A stretch of DNA of 64,000 bases, taken from assembly GCF_018350175.1 (NCBI RefSeq), contig NC_058368.1, positions 110,362,001-110,426,000 of the forward strand, given 5' to 3'. Source of the stretch: Felis catus. Lineage: Eukaryota. Shown here in pieces: positions 50,166 through 61,176 of the stretch. Within the stretch, counting starts at the first letter, position 1; the number at the start of each line of letters is the position of its first letter. A program made the position numbers and the translations under genes. Below the pieces are notes generated by a model. It ran no database searches. It had not been told where the DNA came from and saw only the letters and a program-made list of their open reading frames with translations.

Positions 50166-50380
50166 GGGGCACCTGGGTGGCTCAGTCAGTTGAGCATACA
50201 GCTCTCGGTTTCGGTCCAGGTCATGATCCCACAGTTCATGGGACAGAGCCCCGCACTGGGCTCTGTGCTGACAGCATGGAGCCTACTTAGGACTCTCTGG
50301 CTCTTCTTCCCTCTCTGCCTCTCTCCCGCTCACGTGGTCTCTCTCTGTCTCTCAAAATAAACATTTAAGAATAAATAAAA
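50166..50380 (+). mobile_element. Can-SINE
   Basis: ggggcacctgggtggctcagtcagttgagc head. TSD attaaaaagggacacaac (50147-50164) and attaaaaagggatacgac (50381-50398). Confidence 0.95.
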
Positions 50381-52469
50381 ATTAAAAAGGGATACGACTT
50401 ACAAATCACTCTACACACAAAATTTTAGATGCATGGCCAATATCAAAGTGAAATAGAGCTGTTACAAATGGGCAGGAAGGAAATCTTTCCAGATTACAGA
50501 CCACCCATGTCAAACTCATTCTGACCACTTTAGGAGGAGCTGAGACGACAGGGGAGGAAATGAGGGTTTTTTCAGTGATTGAACCAAACGCTCCCCCCCC
50601 AAAGAATGGCCCATTTATTCACTAGGATCTGCTCCAATCTCGAGATGCCAGCTGGCAGTTTTGTCAGAAAAAACAGTCTCTTGCTTGTGTACAAGCTCCA
50701 CATTTGACTTCTACTTGAGATAGAACCTCTACAGGGACCGGCTTCACTTATCCTAAAAACACTGGCTCCTTTAGTATATTTTCCTCAGTATATTTTTCCT
50801 GCCTTGGCAGCAGGAAGGGCACTTTCAGACATGTTTCTTCTCCCCAGTGCAGCATCGCGAGGCAGCCGTCAGCCACAGCTGGTGTCGCCAAGTGATGGCT
50901 TGCGCCACACTGTGTCCGCCTTCCTGGGACAGTGACTTGCCCTGATCATGCTGTCCCTTCATTCTGCTCCTTCCTCACTGCCCAGAGGCCCCATCCCAAG
51001 CCACCTGGAAGGCCAGAGACCCCACTGTGAAAAGGTTCTGGACACAACAGCCTCATCCATAATGCTCATGCCCCCAGCCAGCTTGAAAGGACCCATCTGA
51101 GAGAATGGCCGTCTAGTCACTTTTATGTGGGCCATCAATTTTATTTTTATTGGCTTGGAGATGAAGGGGCTGTGACACATCTCGGTAAATTTGTGGAAGC
51201 GATATGCTCTCCCTGGGGGACTCTTGGCAGGAGGACCAGAAAGACGCTGAGTTTAAGAAACAACCCTGCCGAGTCTGGGGACTTTTCTTAAAATGCTCTG
51301 TAGCCCGGGAAGATCTGCATCCCGGGCCCTGGGTCAGAAGTGAGGTGGACACGGAGGGCCCCGGGAGGAGTACCCAGAAGCAGGGGTTAGTTAGCGCTCC
51401 AGCCCCACACTCAGAAAGGCAGTGCTCATGTCAAATGTCAGCCACCAGCCCTCTCAGATGCCTGTTCCTTGCAAAAAGAGAAGAGCAGATCCCCCAAAAG
51501 CTCACCTTTAGGACAGTTGGCTGCATCTGCCCAAACCAGGCCTTCCTGGGAAACTGCGATCTGAACACCAAATGCTGCCCTCCGCCGGGCTCAGCCCAGT
51601 CTCCTCTCTTCACAAAGCCGTCCTTCACCTCTCAGCTTGACATGATGGTGAGGCCAGATGTCCCAGTTTGCTGGAGCCCATCCTGGTTTACATCTCCCAT
51701 CCACAGTATTTATTAATAGTGCCCCTGCCACTCAAGTGTCCCGATCTGGATAAAATATATAGATACCACTTCTCTCATTCTTCTTAACCCTGACCTTCAT
51801 GGGCACCCATCACATACAAACTTCCTTACTGCTCAGGGGGTGCAAATCCACCTTCCCGAGGTGGTGCCCACACCTTCTCCTTTCTCAACTACTAGTCTGT
51901 ACCCCAGCCTTCCACCCCAGCCTGACCATGCAGGGGATGCCCAGAGAGCTGGTTAAAAAGCATGACTCGGACCTGGACACCTGGCTTGTCCAAAACATGG
52001 TAAGTGTGCAAGCAAACAGACAAAGAACCAGGCTTTAAGGACCAGCTTCCAGACGGCTGAGTGGCTCAGGGCAATCTGGTATACAGTGAGAGCAGACTAA
52101 CGTCCAAGTTTTCACACCTCACTTCTTTCCCCAAACTTCAAATAAATACTGTTAGGAACAATAAAACTTGCAAAATGAATGAATGAATAAATAAACACAG
52201 GTACAAATGAGCAAGTGAACAGAAGAAATCCTTGCCTCTCGCTGCACTGGGTGCACACAGAGCCCATTTCTCCTCTGACCTGGACAGGCTCTCCAGATCT
52301 GGACAGCACGTACAGCTGGCCATTCTCCCAGCCAGAGGAGCTAGGTACCAAAGGGCAGCATAACCTTTCTTGGGTCCCGGCACTGAAAGGAAAATGTACA
52401 GAAGTAAAGGGAGTGGTCACGTTTGCTGGGCTCGGGGCTTTGACTCTTCTGGAAGCAGCACACCAAGGT

Positions 52470-52590
52470 CTTCACTTCATGAGACAGGGGGGGAAAACTG
52501 AGGACAGCTCAGAGAGGTGATGTAACTTACCCAAAAGTCACACAGCTACAAAACATCCAACCTGGTGCTTTGACATTCTTCTCCCCAAAC
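52470..52590 (-). mobile_element. MIR
   Basis: ggaaaactgaggacagctcagagaggtgatgtaacttacccaaaagtcacacagct. Confidence 0.75.
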
Positions 52591-52959
52591 CTGGAGCTTC
52601 TCCAGGAAACTACCAAGTGAGATACAAGGGAATACATGATAGCCAGAGAGGGTGAGCGTTCCGATTCAGAGCTGGCAGTTAAAATGCATCGAGGGCAGCT
52701 CAGAGCCCTAACTCCCCATTGCCATTCATGATTTATGCAGACGTTCCCCATTAGCTCTAATGGATGTGGGGAGCATAAATCTCGGGGCACAGCTCCAGAC
52801 AGGCTCTTGTGATCTAAATGCCACTAAAATCAATGACATCGTCCCAGTATTGATATGGCAATTGTAGCACTTCATACCCAGGCCTGGTGGGGTTGGAAAG
52901 AGGAGCAGAGTCTGAATGGCGTAGCCTGTCCTCGATGCTGCCGCGGTGGGCACGGTGCC

Positions 52960-53110
52960 CCGAGAGTGAGCCAAAGTCCAGACTCCAGAGCCAGATACTG
53001 GATCCAGAGCCCAGCCCCCCACCTCACCAGCTGTGTGACCTGGGAAGCACCTCAGGAGAAGTACCCTGAGGCTCACTTTCAATGTCTGTAAAACGGGGGT
53101 CAAGTTACCA
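52960..53110 (+). mobile_element. MIR
   Basis: gactccagagccagatactggatcc..ccagctgtgtgacctgggaag..ctgtaaaacgggg. Confidence 0.75.
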
Positions 53111-54789
53111 TGCAAAAACCTCTGACCAGGAGGTAAAGCTGCCGGGAGGTAAAGCTGCGCTTTACTGAGAAGCACAAAGGCCTGTGAAGACCATTTAGGA
53201 GGGAACCACCTCCTTTGCAACAAAGACAAGCTGAACCTACAAGTCATTAGGTTTGTCTTAGATTTGTCCGGGGGACCTTCCATGCAGATTGCGACACCAA
53301 GGCCCAGCCAGCATGAGGGCTGCAATTCCAACAAGGCCACTTGGAAGGCCAATGCCCAAGAGGCGATGCAGGTGCCCGGGAAGCTGGGGGGAAGGCTGGA
53401 CCCCGGCAGCAGTGGGCGGCCAAGCTCCAAGCCAGGCAGAGCACGGCTGCCCTCGAGTCAACCTAGGCACAGGACACACCCCTGCAGGAGGCCCCATGGC
53501 TTATGCATGGTTCTAGAAGCTGCTTCACCTCTTTCTCTCTCCCTGGCTCAGAACAGATGAGCATAGAACTGGTGTCTGAGACTCGCTGGAAGGCTGGAAT
53601 TATGTCCTACTCAAAACATCAATATTTCAATCCACCAGGAGGTACCTGCTCTCCAAGGATAACAGGTACCGGCCACAAAAGACCACTTTGAATACACTGC
53701 TGAAAACAGGGACAAAATAGATTGGGGCTCGAAGAAAGCTTTTATTGAGACTTTATCTTGAAAATTAAAACTAAAACCTATAAAGATATATTGATCTTTA
53801 GCTTATCTATGTAAATTTATGTGATAATTTCAAATCTGTTAATTATGAGAATGAACAGATAATAAATTGTGTGTTGGCATAATCATTCCAGCATTCGCTT
53901 TGGACAAACCCAGAAAAAAACAAAGCAAAGTGCATTATCTGATGGGAAGGTAATGGCTCGGGACCCTCCTCCCTCGCCTGACTTCAGCTGCCCTAAGCCT
54001 TCCAGGCTACACCACCCTGCAGGTCCAGAGACGCTCCCTTTGCACTGTCAAAAGCAAGTACACAAAAGGTGACAAAGTGAACCTGGGATTAAAAGAGTAA
54101 ATAAATAAATAGGCAACAAAGAGCCCACAGAATTCCCAGGAAAGCAGGATAGGTACACTGAATCCAGGAACCATGAGCTCAAGCGAACTACTAGACAGCT
54201 TCTGGAATCCCTCCATCTTCCCAGGATGCCTCCTGTTTGGACCAGTCCAACCCCCTGCCTGCTGGGTCCTAGATTGAAGGAAGGGGTGGGAGGAGGGAGG
54301 GAGTCAAGGCCTTGTTCTCCCTCCTTGAGTAAGATCTGAAGACCCCAGACAAAAGAAACCACCAAATTAAGAGCAAGGGGATGTTTGTTTTCTTCCAGGA
54401 CTGAAATCAGAGAAGTGGCCAGGATGAAGCCACGTGAGCCCTCGCTACTCGATTGTGGTGGACAGTGCCCACCCACAGCATGCTACCCCACAGGCCAGCC
54501 CACAGAGGAGGCCTGGCTCCTGACTCACCTTGACAGAGAGGACCCTGGAGACCCACAGAGAGTGGCTGCCACAGTGCCCCACAGTAACCAGGCACTCGTC
54601 AGGAGGGGCCCGCTCACCCCAGGTGAGCTCCAGGTTTGAACCACACAATAATAGTATGATCCGAGGCAGCTCCACAAGGACCACCCACCTGCTCAGCCCT
54701 GACATGGGAGACACCCAAAACAACAGGCATGGCTCTTTTCCAACGGACATGCTCCCTCCTCCCTGGGAACATGGAGTAACCATTACTTA

Positions 54790-54945
54790 ATCAAGTCCTG
54801 TACACCTGTTGGGCACTGAGCTCCACCATCCCATTTAATCCCCAGACAACTCCATGACTTGGTTACTCAATTTACACACAGGAGAGCCAAGATGCATGCC
54901 TGAGAAGTGGTGTAGACTGGGTTCTAACTCAGGCTCTCCTAACCT
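54790..54945 (-). mobile_element. MIR
   Basis: cccatttaatccccagacaactccatga..atttacacacaggagag..ctgggttctaactcagg. Confidence 0.6.
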
Positions 54946-55075
54946 GGAAGGCCATGATCCGAAGGGCCAGACTGGGCAGCTCTCCAACAATCTCACTGGG
55001 AAGCCAAGAGCTCTGCATATCTGGTGGCTGGAACAGTGTGGGGCATGGGTTGCTGCTCAAAAAATATCTAATATT

Positions 55076-55280
55076 GGGGCACCTGGGTGGCTCAGTTGGT
55101 TGAGCGTCTGGCTTCAGCTCAGGTCATGATCTCACAGTTTGTGAGTTCGAGCCCTTAATGGGGCTCTGTGCTGACAGCTCAGAGCCTGTTTCAGATTCTG
55201 TGTCTCCCTCTCTCTCTGCTCCTTCCCCACTCATGCTCTGTCTCTCTCTGTCTCTCTCAAAAATAAATAAGGATTAAAAA
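55076..55280 (+). mobile_element. Can-SINE (SINEC_Fc-like)
   Basis: ggggcacctgggtggctcagttggttgagcgtc head. TSD atctaatatt at 55066-55075 and 55281-55290. Confidence 0.95.
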
Positions 55281-57002
55281 ATCTAATATTTCTAGTCAGG
55301 CTGCATCTATGCAAGTTATTCGTGATAATCTGGAGAAGCAGAAAAACCAAGCAGATAATTTGAGCTTCATGAAGCTGCTGCCAAGCCATGATTACATGAG
55401 TAAATCTTGACTACAAGCTTCTGAAGGCAGGAACTTAGATCCTTGCCTCACTCTCCCAGAGAACCATTGCTCTCCTCCTTTGCATTTCAACTTACGGTCA
55501 TATGATTCATTGAGTAGGGTATGTGCTCCCCAGTATCATCTCCATGACTAGCAAACAGCAGGTACACAGTGGATATTCCTGGAAGGAAGAGCCAGATGGC
55601 CAGCAAAGAGGTTGGCACAGCTAACCCATGGCCAGTAAGAGAGCATAAGGTGGGCTGGGAAGGGCACTCCAGAAATGAGGCCTCCACAGCAACAGGGAAC
55701 CCCCAGCACATCCAAGGCTTCCCTCTGACTCTGAAGTTTCCTGTCCCCTCTAGGATCTCCACAGGGTTCAGTGTAGCCATAGCCCCCGGTTCAACGCCTT
55801 CAGCATAGGCTGTACTCAGTCACAACCTCAAAGTGTTTCTCAGTCATTTTAAATACGGAAATTTTGTCCTGAATAGAAGAAAATGCTCAGAAAAACTATG
55901 TTTTACTTTTCAAATGAGCAGATATTCCCTGAATTTTGAAAGTAAACAAATTAGAGTAGAAGATGTCCAAATAATCGCATAAACTCCAATTTCCTGTTTT
56001 AACATAAACATCAAAATAATGAACTCAGGCTTATAGGAGGGGGGAAAAAATCCTGCCTGATGCTGTTGCATTCTTTAGAAGCTGAATCCTAAACGACTAA
56101 ATTGGCAGTTTATTAACAGGAAAATTATGCTAAGTAGCTTCATGTTGATGTCAAGAATTTTATGCAGCCAGTTATGGTGCGGTACCCTGAGTGCCTCATT
56201 TGCATTTTCTCATTTAGAGAGAACAATGGCTCCAAATGAGTGCAGCATGTTCACATTACACACCCAAGAACATTTGCACAGACAGGAAGGAATATCTTGA
56301 TACCAGAGTGATTAAGCCTTTTGTTCATTCTGCTCCAGCCTAGACTTAGGGGACAGGGGGCAGATTAATGTCACTTAGAATGGTAATGAAGGGACCCAAG
56401 GCCAGAGCTCTTAAATGTCTCAGAGGACAAACAGCCATAGCCCACAGGACTCTTTATTCTTCTGACCTCACCAGGTTTGCTTTGGTTCAGTGAGAACTGG
56501 AGGGTGTATGACAGATAAATAAATACCCCCTCCACGTTGCATCGTGGAAGGCCTTGTGACATCTGCCCCAAGAGTTTTGGAAGAATGGCAAGGAGCCCTG
56601 TGTACAGCCCACCCCTGCTAAATGTGGGCTGCTCCCCTGGCTCAGCAACTCAGAGCAGAGGCTGCCCATCTTTATTACACCAAGGTCTGCTGAAAACATG
56701 AATTTACTGAGTATCCACCTTGTGCTTAGTCCTCTGCGGGATAAGGGAGTGAGGTGAAGAAAGAAAGGATCATGCCAGCTCTCTAGGAGCTTACGGACTA
56801 ATTGAGAAGACCGTCCTTAGAAACCAAGGGATTAATTAAAACCAAGCGCTGGATCCACTGTAGTTAATCATGGCCTTGGACCAGGAATGGATCGCTGGAA
56901 GGAGTGACTCTTAAGTGTCTAAGAATGGACCAGAATTTTAGCATATCCAACAAGAAAATGGACAGCATTCCACATGGAAAGAACTGCACCAGCTAAAGTA
57001 TA

Positions 57003-57058
57003 TATATATTTTTTTTTTAATTTTTTGAGAGAGAGAGCACAAGATGGGGAGAGGGATA

Positions 57059-57096
<38 letters not shown>

Positions 57097-57188
57097 CTTA
57101 AGCAGAGCTCAATCCCATGACCCTGAGATGTGACCTGAGCTGAAATCAAGAGTCTGATGCTCAAACCAACTGAGCCACCCAGGCACCC
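57003..57188 (-). mobile_element. Can-SINE
   Basis: T-tract, (GA)n, ..caactgagccacccaggcaccc. Perfect 18-bp TSD tgcaccagctaaagtata at 56985-57002 and 57189-57206. Confidence 0.95.
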
Positions 57189-57349
57189 TGCACCAGCTAA
57201 AGTATAAAAGCACTAGTGAGCATGGCATCTGATAAAGACCGGCAGAAAGACTTGCATTCTTTTCATGCAAGTCTCACTTTTCCAAAAAGCCTCAGGCCAT
57301 CAACAGAGGCTTGCCTTAAGACGTAAATGTAACCCAGTCTAGACTTAAT

Positions 57350-57557
57350 ACAGCAGACATAATGCTATGTGTTCACCAGATCTCATTTCATATCCCTCCT
57401 TTTCCGGGAACCTGGAAAACTGTGTTTCCCAGCCCCTTGTAGTCAGGCTGGACCATGTAACTAGTTCCATGCAAAAGATAAACTTTTGTCTCAGTCACAC
57501 TGAGCTTCAGGGGTTGTTTACTACTGCAGCCCAACCTATTTTATCTTCACTAATGCA
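57350..57557 (+). mobile_element. Internally deleted MLT1 LTR
   Basis: tttcccagccccttgtagtcaggctggaccatgtaactagttc joined directly to aaacttttgtc..cactgagcttcaggggttgtttactactgcagc..ctaatgca. Confidence 0.65.
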
Positions 57558-57896
57558 TTGGATAAATTGATTCATTACTGAATCCTGACTTCGTATACTC
57601 ATGCAATCATTTATGGAATATTTATTAAAGGCCCATGAGGTACTAGGCACTCCATTCAGCACAAAGAGTACAGTAGTAAGCAAGAACAACAAAGTCTCTT
57701 CTCATGAGGCTTATCATCAAAAAGAAATAAATCCCAAATATTAACAATTAGGAATTGCAAAATCTAATTCCTTTTTTTTAAAGGGAAACTAAATTGAAAT
57801 AAGATCCTTTAATCCAGTATTTCATTCAGTCTGTGTCTATCACTTGGCCAGTTGGCTCTTTGGCAAATCCCCCGACCTGATCCCTGAAAATCAGAG

Positions 57897-57970
57897 TCTG
57901 TCCTCAGTCAGAGTCACCCTACAGCATCTGCCCTCTGTCCTCAGTCAGAGTCACCCTACAGCATCTGCCC
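57897..57970. repeat. Perfect 37-bp tandem duplication
   Basis: tctgtcctcagtcagagtcaccctacagcatctgccc at 57897-57933 and again at 57934-57970. Confidence 0.97.
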
Positions 57971-58179
57971 TGTGTCTATAAATGGTTTTCTCTGACTCCC
58001 ATCTGGAGAGCAAGCCCTGGGGACTCATTATCACAGACCACACTTCTGATAGGGCTCTGACTTCAGAAGTTCCAAAGAAGTCTATAAGAGAAACAGCTTC
58101 TCATCTTCAGGATAATACTATTGTTTTGATAGAATGACAAAAACACACTGATTTTTTTAATGTGCTTTGTACTATACAA

Positions 58180-59660
58180 TTTTTTCAAAATTAACTTTAC
58201 TGGGGCATAACTTACATATAATAAAATGTAACCATTTTACACATAACTTGTGTACATTTGTGTAACCAACTACAATAAAAATATAGAAAGTTTCCATTAC
58301 AGTGAAAATTTCCCAAGTGCCCTGTCCCAGTCAATGCCACCAAGCCCAGGCAGACACTGATAAGCTTTCTGTGACCAGAGATTACATTTGTTTTTTTCTA
58401 GAGTTTCAATTAAACAATATCATACAATATGTATTCTTTGCATCTTGGCCAATTTCACCCAACATAATGTTTCTGAGCACCATTCATGTTGTTACACGTA
58501 TCAGTAATACATTCCTTTTTATTGCTGAGTAGTATTCCATTATGTGGATATACCACAATTTGTTTATCCATTCACCAATTGGACATTTGGATTGTTTCCA
58601 GCCCTGAGCTATTATGAATAAAGCCGCCATCACCTTTCAGGCACAAGTTTTAGAATGAATGAGCCTTCATTTCACATCAGTAAATACTCAGAAATAGAAG
58701 CAATGGGTCTCATGATCAGTGTATCTCTAACTTTATAAGAAACTGCCAAAGTATTTTACAAAGTAGTTGTACCCTTGTACATTCGAGGAAGTGTAAGGGT
58801 CCAATTGATCCATACCCTCCACAACTCTTAATTGTAGCCATTCCAAAGTGCATGTAGGAGTATCTCCCTCCTTGCGGTTTTCATTTCTACTTCCCTAGTG
58901 ACAAATAATGTGAAACATCTTTTCATGTGTTTATTGGCCATGCATATTTGTGAGTGTGTGAAGTATCTGTGCAAATCTGTTGTCCTTTTAAAAATTAGGT
59001 TGTCTTTGTACTGTTGACTTGCTGGTATTCTTTATACATTCTGGATACTATATCTTCATCAGAAACATATATCGAAATATTCTCTCTCCGTGTGAACCTG
59101 GACTTTTCATTTCATTAAGTGTCTTCAAAAGAGCAGAATATTTCACTTTTGATGGAATCAAATTTATCAATTCTACCTTCTCAAGTCTGTGCTTTTTATA
59201 TCCTACAAATCTTTGCCTATCCTGAGCTCATGAAGATTTTTCTTTCATTTTTTTCCAGAGGTTTTATACTTCAAGCATTTACATTTAGGTTTGTGACCCA
59301 CGTTGAGTTAATTTTTATGTACAACAAGGTTGAGGATCATTTTTTTTTTTTTTGCATATGCGTATCCAGGTGTTTCAGCACCATTTGATGAAAAGACTAT
59401 CATTTCTCCAGCAAATTACCATGGCAAATTTATTGCAAATCAATTCACCACCTATGTGAGGGACTACTTCCGGCCCCTATTCTATTTCCTTGATCTCTAT
59501 GTCTATAATTATTGCCAATTCCACACCGTCTTGATTACTGTAACTACATGGTAAGTCTTAGAGTCAGGCAGTGTACATCCTCCAATGTTGTTCTTCTCTT
59601 TCTAAATTGTTTTAGCTATTCTAGGTCATTTCCACATTCATATAAAATTTAGAACGCCAT
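58180..59660 (-). mobile_element. Old L1M (MB/ME-like) 3' end and ORF2 part
   Basis: aactttactggggcataacttacatataataaaatg..ttcctttttattgctgagtagtattccatt..aactttataagaaactgccaaa..ttcagcaccatttgatgaaaagact..gttttagctattctaggtc. Confidence 0.9.
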
Positions 59661-61034
59661 CTTTGAAGGGTACTTCGAAGTATAGTAAGTTTCACTTGTG
59701 TTGACTTTGCCAGAAAAAAAGCTCAAACCAGATCCAGAGATGAAAGTGAGATGCAGGTTGGAGGTTGGTTAGTTCTGTGCAGCGATGGGGAAAATGGCCT
59801 ATTACTGGGGTGCAGCACTAGGCTGTCAGTAAATGACTGTTCTACCCAGAGATGTGTTCTCCATGAGCCACCCACTCCTCAGATCTGTGATTTGTTTTGT
59901 TTTGGAGAGGGATATCTTTAAGGTACACATGCCATGGGTTTAAACTGTTAATCCTAGAGACAATCAACCTTCAAAATCCTGCCTCACTCCCTCCTTTTAC
60001 CAAATCCTGGCTAACAGCTTGGGTTTACTGGTTGGAGTCTTCTGAATTCGGGTTGAGTTGGCCTGGACCACACACCGGTGCTCACAGGAGTGTGAATGGT
60101 GATCATAAAACACCGTGATATATGTGGAGAGTTGGAAAAGATTGAAGCTGTGCACCACTGTAAGGGGTTGTTATTAATGGCACCCTTCATCAGATTTGAG
60201 AGAGGGTGACCGGATGTGTAGGACTGAAGCTGTCTTCAGGACTCCGAAACTGCAGTCAATCACCTGAAAAAGGGCAGTCTCACTTTGGTTGGGTGTCAGA
60301 GAGACCTCCATTTGTTGACACTGGGGAGACCAGTTTGAGAAAAACAAGAGGGCGGGGTCTAGATTGGGAATTTGGTCAGTACCTACATCATTAAGGAGAT
60401 AAAACTTTAAAAGACAGTCACTCCTCACCCCATCATCTCTCTCCCTTGGTCTTTGCTCTGAAACCCAGAACCCAGATCAAACCAGATAAATACATGTTAT
60501 CAGCAGGCAATCCTTATACTTTTACCTTCTCTAATAGACTGAGTGACTCTACTCACTGTTAGCTGGGAAAATATTAGGGAGTAGCTAATGCTACCTCCCC
60601 CATGTGGAATTCATACCCCTAGGAGTGAGTCAGTATCCTGTGCTAGATCCCCGGGCCTGAGCCCACCTCACCCACACATACAAGGAGGAAGCCAGACTAA
60701 AGGGTGATTGCATGAGCCACCGAGGCTAAGCATTCAGTCACCAACACCTAACTGAGAACCCCCAAAGTGCCGGCCCTCCTGGACACTGGTATACTTGGTG
60801 TCCAGAGACGGCATCCACTCCTGAGCACAGCATAGCTGATAATGCCTGAAAACAATCTTTCAGCAAAGGTGGTCCTGAAGCTAGGGGGTCCCCATTCATA
60901 GGGAAAGTCAGCTTCTCATCCATGGCCCTTATGGGGAACTCTACCTCTCCAAGGCATGGCGATTCTCACTCTTCCCCAGGAAATGTTCCTGCTATGGAAA
61001 CTATCCCAATTTCCCTTATCCCCATAGATAAGCC

Positions 61035-61039
<5 letters not shown>

Positions 61040-61100
<61 letters not shown>

Positions 61101-61176
61101 CAGAGAGACAGAGAGACAGAGAGACAGAGAGACAGAGACAGACAGAGAGAGAGACAGAGACAGAGAGAAAGAGAGA
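61040..61176. repeat. Compound microsatellite (GT)n(GA)n(GAGACA)n
   Basis: Directly visible; it generates the low-complexity ORFs at 60916-61213. Confidence 0.97.

Noticed and set aside
52726..53430. Longest ORF (234 aa, minus strand)
   Set aside because: Runs through a MIR, has no recognisable domain and a composition typical of a chance GC-rich frame.
57897..57970. 37-bp direct repeat as a CRISPR-like array
   Set aside because: Only two adjacent copies, no spacer, mammalian context and no cas genes.
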